From Candidatus Zixiibacteriota bacterium (lineage in GTDB: Bacteria > Zixibacteria > MSB-5A5 > GN15 > FEB-12), in the NCBI GenBank assembly GCA_024280215.1, contig JAJRQO010000006.1, forward strand, positions 10,986 through 74,985: 64,000 nt of DNA. The letters run 5' to 3'. The notes under the pieces are model-generated. The model ran no database searches, was not told the origin of the DNA, and worked only from the letters and a program-made list of their open reading frames with translations. A program made the translations under genes and the position numbers. Positions 26,182-35,102 of this stretch are shown here, in pieces (the first letter of the stretch is position 1; each line of letters begins with the position of its first letter).

Positions 26182-28103
26182 GATAATTCACCTCCATACA
26201 AATATTCTCTTCTTTTTTTCAATGATTGCTGTGCCATCTGCTTGAGACCAGGACGTATAGAACGACTGAGCTTGAGTAATTCTTGTTCACATTTTTCAGA
26301 TTTATTTATTACCATCGCTTCAAAGCTGGCAATTCTTAGATAAGTAATTTGTGAATCATTTATTAGATTTATTCTTTTGATTAAACGGACTAAAAAATCA
26401 ACAGCGTATTCATTGCCTAATTTTGAATATGCTTTGAGTAGAGCCATCTGGTCAGCCTGATCATTTTGTAGAAAGGAATCATCATTGATAATTTCAGTTA
26501 TCGTATCAAAGGCTTCTTTTCCTTTTCTCGCTACGATTGATTCAATCGCTTGGTTACGAATACTCTGACTACTGTCGTAAGCACCACGCTGTAAAATCGA
26601 CAAGACACTTTCAGATGGTGAATCTTTCAGAGCAGTTACAAGTGTAAGCCGTACTTCTTCCTCACGATGGTCAACGAGTTTTGAAAGATATGATAATGAT
26701 TTTTTATCACCTATTTTTGATAAAATTGTAATCGTATTACAGACAATATCAGTACGTTTATCAAAAACACCTTTACCAACAAAATCAATATTATTTTTTC
26801 CATTTTCAGCAAGATAGGTAATAATAGATTCTTTATGATTTTCATGTATAACAGAACTGAGTAAGTTTGTAATATTATTAAGTGCTTCCCATGTAAAATT
26901 ACCAAGATAGCCCTTGAGTTCCAATGAATTAATCTCTTCAAAATTATTTAATGCTTCAGCCAAAATAAGCAGTCGCTCATTAGAGCCTGCTGTCACCGAT
27001 GCCTCTTTAAGTCGTTCTGCCCATAAAGGCTTTTTAATTCTAATTTTTTTCTGCAGAGCAATTATATACGAAAGGATTTGTGATGCTTCAGCAAGTTTTC
27101 CATGGGATACAAATTCTGCCATAATTTTTTCACATATCGTAACCGTTTCATAAAACATCTCCATTTGATCATCTTGATGCAACATTTCCTTGAGAAGTTT
27201 TGCGATTGAATCATACGGATCAAAATTGGCATCATGTTTAAGCAATCTCTGAATCCATAACTCATCTTCTTTTGAAAGTTCAAAACTTTCATTGAGTATA
27301 ATTGCTGTATCAGGAACTGAACTTGCCGTCTGAGGTAAATCATCAAGCCCCATCGCTTGGGCAGCTTCGGCAGTTTTAAAGGCAACTTCATCGACTTCAG
27401 TTGTCGCCATCGGGGTAGATTGATTTGATTCGGGAATTACCGCATAAAATAATGAGTTTTGATTTTCTTGCTTTGCTTCAGAAGTCCCATGTACAATTGG
27501 AGAATCATTTAAGACAGCTTCTTCAAATTGTTCTGATGTATGCTCAAGAAAAATATCTTGATATTCAACTGAATCATCTACTGCAAATTGGCTACCTTGA
27601 AATTGTTTTGCCATTTCCTGTGAAGCTATAAACTTTTGTAAATCAAAGCTTGAATCGTAATCGGAGAGAGCAATATCTTCAAGAGTTTTAAATTTTATTT
27701 GAGAAATAGATGACTCCCAAATCAGTGAGACTAAATCAACAGACTTATCATTTGAGTTTATATATTTTTTTATTGCATCCAAGAAAAGATAAATTTCATC
27801 AACAAAAAGTCCGTCACATATTTTAAATTGTGTAATCCCTGCATCATAAAATATTTTAGCTAAGTTATCTTCCTCAGATTTACTTTCATACACAATTTCA
27901 TCTTCAAAAGTGAGAGTTGTTGTGTCAATAGAAAACGTCATCTCACCATAATCTTCAACAATAGATTCTAATTTTTCGGAAAATGAACGACGTAGCGAAG
28001 TTGGTAGCGGATTATCTTTTGGATAGAGCGTAACTACTTTGATAACCTTAAGCAGGTCTTTTAGAATAAATGTAATATCTCTAATTTTGTTTTTTTCTGT
28101 CAT
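26178..28103 (-). CDS. HEAT/ARM-repeat protein of unknown function, translationally coupled to the HD-GYP gene
   Basis: The C-terminal third has HEAT-like repeats (REEEVRLTLVTALKD..., SQSIRNQAIESIV...). There is an ATGA overlap with the downstream gene. A start at M22 (28103) is preferred because a terminator sits directly upstream of the first ATG (28166). Confidence 0.55.
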   Translation of the reverse strand: MTEKNKIRDITFILKDLLKVIKVVTLYPKDNPLPTSLRRSFSEKLESIVEDYGEMTFSIDTTTLTFEDEIVYESKSEEDNLAKIFYDAGITQFKICDGLFVDEIYLFLDAIKKYINSNDKSVDLVSLIWESSISQIKFKTLEDIALSDYDSSFDLQKFIASQEMAKQFQGSQFAVDDSVEYQDIFLEHTSEQFEEAVLNDSPIVHGTSEAKQENQNSLFYAVIPESNQSTPMATTEVDEVAFKTAEAAQAMGLDDLPQTASSVPDTAIILNESFELSKEDELWIQRLLKHDANFDPYDSIAKLLKEMLHQDDQMEMFYETVTICEKIMAEFVSHGKLAEASQILSYIIALQKKIRIKKPLWAERLKEASVTAGSNERLLILAEALNNFEEINSLELKGYLGNFTWEALNNITNLLSSVIHENHKESIITYLAENGKNNIDFVGKGVFDKRTDIVCNTITILSKIGDKKSLSYLSKLVDHREEEVRLTLVTALKDSPSESVLSILQRGAYDSSQSIRNQAIESIVARKGKEAFDTITEIINDDSFLQNDQADQMALLKAYSKLGNEYAVDFLVRLIKRINLINDSQITYLRIASFEAMVINKSEKCEQELLKLSRSIRPGLKQMAQQSLKKRREYLYGGELS

Positions 28104-28166
28104 ATCAATCCACTTAAATAGTTGTGGTATATATCGACAAAAATCATAAAATGATGAATTATACAC

Positions 28167-28195
28167 AAAAAAAACCCGCTATATGCGGGTTTTTT
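28167..28195 (-). terminator. rho-independent terminator after the nucleotide-sugar dehydrogenase gene
   Basis: The stem acccgc / gcgggt has a 5-nt loop and is flanked by an A-run and a T-run. Confidence 0.75.
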
Positions 28196-28223
28196 ATATA
28201 TTTGGAGCTTTATTGTCTTTGAT

Positions 28224-29564
28224 TTAGAGCAGTTCGATTTTCTGTCTACCTTTTTTGACATGCTTTGTAGCATTTCGACTATCAAAAATAATTTTTGAAT
28301 TTTCGACAATAAAATTATAATCGTAGTCAGTATGGTCGGTCAAAATTATTACCAAATCGGCATTTTGCAAAAGTTTTGCAGTCAGCTTTGTTGATTTATG
28401 TGTTTTAGATTCAAGATAAAATGATGGTACAAACGGATCATTATACTGCACCTTTGCACCTTTATCTTCAAGCAGTTGGATAACATCAAGAGCTGGAGAT
28501 TCTCTCATATCCTGAATATCTTTTTTGTATGCCACTCCCAAAGCAACGATGTTTGATTTATTAATCGACTTCGCAAGTTTGTCGTTCATCAGATCCGAAA
28601 TCCGATCAACAACATACTCTGGCATGTGAGAATTAACATCGCCAGCAAGTTCAATAAAACGTGCCGAATAGTTGAGCGACTTTAATTTCCACGATAAATA
28701 ATGAGGATCAATTGGAATACAATGCCCACCCAAACCAGGACCTGGGTAGAACGGCATAAAACCGAATGGCTTTGTAGCGGCAGCATCTATAATTTCCCAA
28801 ACATCAAGACCTAAACGGTCACACATGAGAGCAACTTCATTGACCAAACCAATATTAACAGAACGGAACGTGTTCTCAAGAAGCTTGACCATCTCGGCTG
28901 ACTGCGTCGATGAAACCGCATGGATATTTGGAATGGTCTGCTCGTAAAAAACTTTTGCGGTGTTTGTACATGCTTTTGTAATACCACCAACAACACGTGG
29001 AGTGTTTTTGGTTGTATAGTTAAGATTACCAGGGTCAACACGTTCAGGTGAAAATGCTAAGAAGAAATCAATTCCGACTTTTTTTCCATTTTCAGAAAGT
29101 ATCGGTAAAATAAGTTCTTCAGTTGTACCTGGATAGGTAGTAGATTCTAAAACGACCAAGGCACCTTTTTTGAGATACTTTTTTATCGAATTCAAAGCAG
29201 CTAAAATATAGCTAACATCAGGATCTTTTGTTTTTGAAAGAGGTGTTGGAACACAGATTGAAACCGTGTCCATCTTAGAAATTTGTTTCCAGTTTGTCGT
29301 CGCTTTGAATTTTTTATTACCGATAATTTCTTTGACTGCTGAATTTGGAATATCATCAATATCTGATTTTCCCGAGTTTAGTAAATCAACTTTCTTTTTT
29401 GAAATATCGATTCCGAGAACATTAAAACCTTCTCGTGCCAACTCGACTGACAACGGTAGTCCAACATAGCCTAATCCGATAATTGCTACATTTGCTTTTC
29501 GTTCTTTGATTTTATTGATTAAAGCTTGTTCAGCTTTTTTTGAAGCCTCGTTATTTTTTGCCAT
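28224..29564 (-). CDS. nucleotide-sugar 6-dehydrogenase (UDP-N-acetyl-hexosamine/UDP-glucose dehydrogenase family)
   Basis: Rossmann motif IIGLGYVGLPLS. The catalytic Cys lies in GGHCIPID. The length of 446 aa fits the family. Confidence 0.85.
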   Translation of the reverse strand: MAKNNEASKKAEQALINKIKERKANVAIIGLGYVGLPLSVELAREGFNVLGIDISKKKVDLLNSGKSDIDDIPNSAVKEIIGNKKFKATTNWKQISKMDTVSICVPTPLSKTKDPDVSYILAALNSIKKYLKKGALVVLESTTYPGTTEELILPILSENGKKVGIDFFLAFSPERVDPGNLNYTTKNTPRVVGGITKACTNTAKVFYEQTIPNIHAVSSTQSAEMVKLLENTFRSVNIGLVNEVALMCDRLGLDVWEIIDAAATKPFGFMPFYPGPGLGGHCIPIDPHYLSWKLKSLNYSARFIELAGDVNSHMPEYVVDRISDLMNDKLAKSINKSNIVALGVAYKKDIQDMRESPALDVIQLLEDKGAKVQYNDPFVPSFYLESKTHKSTKLTAKLLQNADLVIILTDHTDYDYNFIVENSKIIFDSRNATKHVKKGRQKIELL

Positions 29565-29599
29565 GCTATCCTTCTCCCGATTCAGTCTTAGCTGTTCGG

Positions 29600-30559
29600 T
29601 TACATTTTTTCTCTGTAGTAGTTTAATGAATTCAGTAGGGTTTTGTCAATTTTATAATTTGGGTTATAGCCAATTTCTTTTTTTGCTTTACTGAAATCAC
29701 CACGTATTAAAGGTATATCGTTTTTTCTGAAAAATTTCTTATCTATTTTTACATTTATTTTCTTCTTTGTTAACTTTACTAACTTATTCAAAACCGATTG
29801 AATCGTAATTGACTTCCCCGAGCAGAGCTGATATACCACCCCTGCCTTACCTTTTTCAGCCATTAACCGATAACCACGAACAATATCACGGACATCGGAC
29901 AAATCACGTTTCGCCGATAAATTGCCAACATACATGACAGGCTTCTGCCTACCTGCTTCTATCATCGCTATTTGTTTACAAAATGATGGGATTACAAAAT
30001 TTTCATTCTGACCTGGTCCTGCATGATTAAATGCTCTTGCGATGACAACGGGTAATTCAAAACGGCTATGATAGAGTTTACACAAATGTTCAGCGGCAAC
30101 TTTGGAAATTCCATACGGAGAAATAGGGTTGAGCGGTTCATCTTCAGTGAGTGTTTTTGTCTTGGGTGAAAATTTGCCATAACATTCGGATGATGATATA
30201 AATACAAACTTCCTCAATTTTTGTAATCCGACTGATGCTTCGAGCAAATTCAATGTACCGTTAAAATTAATATCATAGGTCAACCGTTCATAAGCAAATG
30301 ATTGTCCAACCGATGAAAATGCCGCTAAGTGAAAAATATAGTTCGGTTTAACCTTCGCAATCAGTTTTGAAACTCGAGACTTGTTTAAGATATCAAGTTT
30401 GTAAATATTACACGTTTTCTTGAGTAGTTTGATTTGTTCTGGCGAATCATCTTTGAAGACAGAACCCGACACCGTATATCCCGCATCGAGAAGCTCTTTG
30501 ACAAGATGCCCTCCAGCAAAGCCAGCAATTCCAGTTATAAATGCATGTTTATTTTTCAT
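29600..30559 (-). CDS. NAD-dependent SDR epimerase/reductase, GDP-4-dehydro-6-deoxy-D-mannose reductase (Rmd)-like
   Basis: ITGIAGFAGGHL Rossmann motif and a YxxxK motif (YGISKVAAE). It lies immediately downstream of gmd. Confidence 0.6.
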   Translation of the reverse strand: MKNKHAFITGIAGFAGGHLVKELLDAGYTVSGSVFKDDSPEQIKLLKKTCNIYKLDILNKSRVSKLIAKVKPNYIFHLAAFSSVGQSFAYERLTYDINFNGTLNLLEASVGLQKLRKFVFISSSECYGKFSPKTKTLTEDEPLNPISPYGISKVAAEHLCKLYHSRFELPVVIARAFNHAGPGQNENFVIPSFCKQIAMIEAGRQKPVMYVGNLSAKRDLSDVRDIVRGYRLMAEKGKAGVVYQLCSGKSITIQSVLNKLVKLTKKKINVKIDKKFFRKNDIPLIRGDFSKAKKEIGYNPNYKIDKTLLNSLNYYREKM

Positions 30560-30597
30560 AGTTAATTAATCAAACATCCTTGTTTGAATACAGCGGG

Positions 30598-31554
30598 TTA
30601 TTTTGACAGTCGTTTCATGTCAGCATCGACCATCATTTGGACAAGCTGTTTAAAAGTCACCGATGTTTCCCATCCTAATTTTTCTTTCGCATATGATGGG
30701 TCGCCAAGCAGTAAATCAACTTCGGCAGGACGTACAAATCGTGGGTCGATAGTAACAAACTCCTTAAAATCTAAATCGACATAGGAGAAAGCTGTCCGTA
30801 CAAAATCTTCAACAGAATGTGTCTCACCCGTTGCAATAACAAAATTATCGGGTTCATCTTGTTGCAACATCAACCACATTGCCTGTACATAATCACCCGC
30901 AAAACCCCAGTCACGTTTGGAATCTAAATTTCCAAGAGCAAGATTTTTTGCAAGTCCTAATTTAATTTGTGCGACACCATCGGTGATTTTTCGAGTAACA
31001 AACTCAAGTCCTCGCCGTGGTGATTCATGGTTAAACAAAATACCAGATGATGCGTGGATTCCATACGACTCTTTATAATTTATCGTAATCCAATGTCCAT
31101 ACACTTTTGCAACACCATACGGTGAACGAGGATAAAGTGGCGTTGATTCTTTTTGCGGTACTTCCTGTACTTTGCCAAACATCTCCGATGATGACGCCTG
31201 ATAGAATTTGATTTTTTTATTAACCAAGCGAATCGCTTCAAGCATTTTTGTCACACCGATTGCATCAAACTCGCCAGTCAAAACAGGTTGCGTCCAACTT
31301 GTCGGAACAAATGATTGTGCCGCCAAATTGTAGACCTCATCAGGTTTACAATCTTCGATTATCGAAATCAATGAAAGCTGGTCAAGCAAGTCGCCCTGCA
31401 CCAATGTGATTTTATCTTTAATATGATTTATTCTTTCAAACGATTCTGTTGAGGCACGACGTACCATCCCGAAAACTTCGTATCCTTTTTCAAGAAGAAG
31501 CTCGGCAAGATATGAACCGTCTTGTCCGGTGATTCCAGTAATTAATGCCCGCAT
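30598..31554 (-). CDS. gmd: GDP-mannose 4,6-dehydratase
   Basis: [35 protein letters not shown]..., YGVAKVY, and [10 protein letters not shown]. Confidence 0.92.
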   Translation of the reverse strand: MRALITGITGQDGSYLAELLLEKGYEVFGMVRRASTESFERINHIKDKITLVQGDLLDQLSLISIIEDCKPDEVYNLAAQSFVPTSWTQPVLTGEFDAIGVTKMLEAIRLVNKKIKFYQASSSEMFGKVQEVPQKESTPLYPRSPYGVAKVYGHWITINYKESYGIHASSGILFNHESPRRGLEFVTRKITDGVAQIKLGLAKNLALGNLDSKRDWGFAGDYVQAMWLMLQQDEPDNFVIATGETHSVEDFVRTAFSYVDLDFKEFVTIDPRFVRPAEVDLLLGDPSYAKEKLGWETSVTFKQLVQMMVDADMKRLSK

Positions 31555-31695
31555 ATTGGGTCTTCCTTTATATTTCTAATTCTCTTCACTACGAAGATTA
31601 TCGGCAAAATTTGTTGCTATTTAAGAGGGTCAAATATAACTTTAATAATTATACAGGTCAATACTTAAAAGTTCAGATAATTTGAGGTGTAAATT

Positions 31696-32679
31696 GTGAA
31701 TTTATCTATAAATTCTCTGGTAGTGCTATTATTCATATCATCCTCTGTTTTTGGAGTAGAGATAAAATCAAAAGGAGCCAACGTGACCCAACAACATACC
31801 GCCGATAGTTTGCTTTCATCCGCCGATGATCTCTTTCAGGCGAATAATATTGAAGATGCCTTTGATGCCTACAAGACCGCCTTTGAAACTGCCCGCAAAG
31901 AGTTTAACCGTTCAGTTGAGGTCGAAGCTCTCTCGCAAATGGCTCGAATGAAACTACGTGCCAACCAAAAAGAGGACGGGCGACCATTTATTGCTCAGGC
32001 AGCAGAAAGGGTATCTGAGTCTGATCCGTTGGGATATTCTCGGTATTTAGGCGTGAAAGGTCGTTTTGAATGGCTCGATGACGATTTGAAGGCGGCTCGG
32101 GTTACATTTTCTAAAATGTATGAATTCTGTCACGCCAATGCTTTGTGGGGGCGGGTGATTGATGCTGCCAATATGATGGCGATTGTATCGGATTCCCCTG
32201 AAGATCAAATAGAGTGGAGCAAAAAAGGGATTGAAACCGCCGAGGCGACCGAAACCGAAGGGTTGCTGGGAGCATTGTGGAATAATTTGGCAGGAACATA
32301 TTATGATTTGAAAGATTATGAAAATGCACTTGAATGCTACAAAAAATCTCGCGAATACCATTGGCGATTTTCTGGTGAGATTGGTAAGCTATATGCCGAT
32401 TATCATATCGGTATGACTCATCGCTTGCTGGGGCAATATGATGATGCCCTCACATGGTTACGCCCTGTGTTGGCGTGGGCGGAACGACTGGGCAATCATT
32501 CTGCTATCGGACAAGCGTGTGAAGATATGGGCGAGATTGCCTTTGCCAGGGGAAATAAAACCGAAGCACTAAAATATCTTAAACGTGCCAAGACTGAATA
32601 CAAACTTGCAGGATTTAACACTTCATGGCAAGAAATCTGGGAAAATATCAATACGAGGATTAAACAGGTCGAGGGGTAA
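31696..32679 (+). CDS. secreted TPR-repeat protein
   Basis: GTG start and a signal peptide. TPR-like helices are present (WNNLAGTYYDLKDYENALECYKKS; ADYHIGMTHRLLGQYDDALTW). G+C is noticeably higher than in neighbouring genes. Confidence 0.65.
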   Translation: MNLSINSLVVLLFISSSVFGVEIKSKGANVTQQHTADSLLSSADDLFQANNIEDAFDAYKTAFETARKEFNRSVEVEALSQMARMKLRANQKEDGRPFIAQAAERVSESDPLGYSRYLGVKGRFEWLDDDLKAARVTFSKMYEFCHANALWGRVIDAANMMAIVSDSPEDQIEWSKKGIETAEATETEGLLGALWNNLAGTYYDLKDYENALECYKKSREYHWRFSGEIGKLYADYHIGMTHRLLGQYDDALTWLRPVLAWAERLGNHSAIGQACEDMGEIAFARGNKTEALKYLKRAKTEYKLAGFNTSWQEIWENINTRIKQVEG

Positions 32680-33160
32680 TACAGTTTCTAAATTCCTCTC
32701 GGACTTGACCTCGCATTTAAACCATCCCCGACTTGATCGGGGAACCAGAAAATTGAGATAGTAATATGAAAAATAAAAGTAGAATAATCCAGTAGGTCGG
32801 CGTTCCGTTGATTTGAAATCGTCAGATATCAAAATCAAGAAACCTGACAACAACAACAAATTTGTGGGCGGCAGACGTCCTCGTCTACCTCTCTTCCAAA
32901 TTCTCTACAACTCCAACCTAAATCCACACTCTCCTCTGATTTGTATGATGCTAAATATTTGTAGCAATAAAAGAGGGGAACAATAAAACCCCTATTTCAT
33001 AGAACAAACCCAATCTGCTATAACCGACAGCGTTTTATTCACTTACAAGGAAAAATTCGATTTGTAAAATGTGGGTAACTTAATTATTTGTTTAAAGTAT
33101 GAGATTGCCATACTCCCTCTGGTCATTCGCAATGACTGCTTTGTGAAAATTTTGGTAATT

Positions 33161-33193
33161 AAAAAAAGAGAACAGGCTAACCTATTCTCTTTT
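33161..33193 (-). terminator. rho-independent terminator after the Gly/Arg-rich lipoprotein gene
   Basis: The stem agagaa / ttctct has a 12-nt loop. On the minus strand it is followed by a T-run. Confidence 0.55.
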
Positions 33194-33213
33194 AGTTGAA
33201 ACATGAAGTTTTT

Positions 33214-34011
33214 CTAATTTTTATTTTCAAGTGATACGGTAAACCATTTTTCAATTTTCCCCATTGGTTGAGGTCTATTCGATGAGCCACCGCCCATTTT
33301 GCCGCCGCCACGACCACCTCCGCCGCCGCCCATACCACCTCCACGACCGCCACCTCCACCCATACCACCTGAGTGTGAAGATTGCATCTGTTTTTGCATT
33401 TGACTACGGTCGATACCGAGTTCAATACCAACATTGATTTTTTTGACTTCATTTTCTTTGAGCTCGGCAAAAATATTGTCACCATCAAATGGAATCCGCA
33501 ACTCCAACAGATAGACAGACTTATACATATCTACTGCTACCCGTGGACCAGTTGTTTTAAATTTTTCCAAAAGATATTCGTTGCCTCGGTTTTTAAAGAG
33601 AATTGTCCCAGGTTTTTGCTTTTTCATTTTTGATTGAATCGCATTTGGGGGCATTTTTTGTCTCATCTGAGAAAAATCAAGGGTGTCGATATTTCCGACA
33701 AAGTGAAGCCCGTATGCTTTTTTCCGTTTTTTATTGACGTCAACCCAGATATCAATGCCATTTGTCTGAACAATTTTCATCATCTGTCTATCACGGGTTG
33801 CTAAAACTAGAAATAATTCATTTTGGTTGTTTTGAAATGATATTGAAAAATTCTCATCTTCAAAATGTTGAAGTGGAAATTTATCCCATTCATGCAATTT
33901 CCCATCTATGGTGAGATATTCATCGGTGTAGTGGCTCTCAATTGATGCATCTTTACACCCTGTAATCATTAACAGTAAAATTGAAAGCGATAATACGGCG
34001 TACTTTGTCAT
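33214..34011 (-). CDS. lipoprotein with a C-terminal Gly/Met/Arg low-complexity tract
   Basis: Lipobox LLMITGCKD. The tract is GGMGGGGGRGGGMGGGGGGRGGGKMGGGSS. At the DNA level it is an imperfect ~30-nt tandem repeat at 33284..33370. Confidence 0.6.
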   Translation of the reverse strand: MTKYAVLSLSILLLMITGCKDASIESHYTDEYLTIDGKLHEWDKFPLQHFEDENFSISFQNNQNELFLVLATRDRQMMKIVQTNGIDIWVDVNKKRKKAYGLHFVGNIDTLDFSQMRQKMPPNAIQSKMKKQKPGTILFKNRGNEYLLEKFKTTGPRVAVDMYKSVYLLELRIPFDGDNIFAELKENEVKKINVGIELGIDRSQMQKQMQSSHSGGMGGGGGRGGGMGGGGGGRGGGKMGGGSSNRPQPMGKIEKWFTVSLENKN

Positions 34012-34146
34012 TATGTTAAAACTCCAATCTCTATTTTTCTCTCTAATTTGACATACAAACGAAACAAAAGATTAATACAAAATAAAAAGAATCATCTTTT
34101 TTTCTAAAATGCCGATAAAAACCATAATGAAACAGGTAATTAAAAA

Positions 34147-34554
34147 ATGATAAAGATTGAAGAAAAACCATTCGGATATAAGTTAACATATTCTGGAATT
34201 GTCTCCATGGCAGGCATTGAAAAATGGCTCAAAGATTCTGAGAAGATTTTGGCAAATAGTTCTGATTCTTTCTCTGTCTTAGTAGATATGCGTAATATCG
34301 AGATTCTGCCTGTTGAATGCCAATCAATTATGCTGGAAGGACAGCAATTATATAAAAGAATGGGAATGGAACGCTCTGTTGTTATTGTACATAACAAACT
34401 AACTGCAATGCAATTTAAACTAATTGCTCAAAAAACTGGTATCTATGAATATGAAAGATATATCAATGGTGCCGATAATGAGCATTGGGAAAAAGAAGCA
34501 CTCGACTGGCTTTTGCATGAGATTGAACCAATCATGGAAGAAGAAAAAGTTTAA
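34147..34554 (+). CDS. hypothetical protein (possibly STAS/SpoIIAA-like fold)
   Basis: The 135-aa ORF has an alpha/beta pattern. There are no catalytic motifs, and the fold assignment is weak. Confidence 0.4.
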   Translation: MIKIEEKPFGYKLTYSGIVSMAGIEKWLKDSEKILANSSDSFSVLVDMRNIEILPVECQSIMLEGQQLYKRMGMERSVVIVHNKLTAMQFKLIAQKTGIYEYERYINGADNEHWEKEALDWLLHEIEPIMEEEKV

Positions 34555-34558
34555 CTAT

Positions 34559-34939
34559 TCAGGAAGCAATTTTCCCGAGTTGCATCCCTCCATATACTGC
34601 CACCAACCCAATAACATTCTGAAGCATAATATTTCCAAAAGCAAAAAGGTATTGAGAATTTTTTATCAGCATATTTGATTCAAACAAAAATGTTGAAAAT
34701 GTTGTAAACGCCCCCATAAAACCAACAAACAAAATCAATCTTGTCTCTTCACTTACAGAGATTTTCCCCTCAAGTAATGCATATAATAATCCAACAACAA
34801 AACATCCCAAGATATTTACGGTAAGAGTTCCCATTGGAAATTCAGAACCTGTAAATTTCTGTATTGATGATGATAATAAATAACGAAACAAAGTACCAAA
34901 AGCTCCTGCGAGCATCAGAAATAATATTTTTTGTGCCAA
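34559..34939 (-). CDS. crcB: fluoride ion channel CrcB/FluC
   Basis: MLAGAFGTLFRYLLS..., GTLTVNILGCFVVGLL and GFMGAFTTFSTF are CrcB hallmarks. A TTG start at 34939, 5 nt after AGGAGA, gives 126 aa. An ATG alternative lies at 34915. The 159-aa ORF N-terminus looks non-coding. Confidence 0.85.
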   Translation of the reverse strand: MAQKILFLMLAGAFGTLFRYLLSSSIQKFTGSEFPMGTLTVNILGCFVVGLLYALLEGKISVSEETRLILFVGFMGAFTTFSTFLFESNMLIKNSQYLFAFGNIMLQNVIGLVAVYGGMQLGKIAS

Positions 34940-35102
34940 AAGAAATCTCCTTAAATTGCTGTACCTGAAATAAAATTCATTATAGAAGATATTCAAGTTA
35001 AAAGAAAATAAACTCAAAGACTTTCTTGTTGCTTTCATACTCTAATTTCATCATTTTTACTAATAATTCAAATCAATTGTAGTTCTTAAAGAGGTATAAA
35101 AC

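Noticed and set aside
31602-31618. A sigma-54-like -24/-12 element cggcaaaatttgttgct upstream of the TPR gene.
   Set aside because: The GG to GC spacing is one nucleotide longer than the strict consensus (TGGCAC-N5-TTGC), and the -24 element is degenerate.
32623-32859. A 78-aa minus-strand ORF overlapping the 3' end of the TPR gene.
   Set aside because: It has no RBS, a low-complexity sequence (FYFYFSYYYL), and overlaps a supported CDS. I treat it as spurious.
33192-33488. A 98-aa minus-strand ORF in an alternative frame of the Gly/Arg tract (VAVVEVVWAAAEVVVAAAKWAV).
   Set aside because: It is a frame-shifted reading of the GC-rich repeat inside the longer lipoprotein ORF (33214..34011), which has a lipobox and a terminator.
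34940-35102. I looked for a fluoride (crcB-motif) riboswitch upstream of crcB.
   Set aside because: The minus-strand leader lacks the conserved GGnGAUGG, AACCGCC and CUGAUGAUnCCUAC elements as far as I can read. A covariance-model scan (Rfam RF01734) would be decisive.
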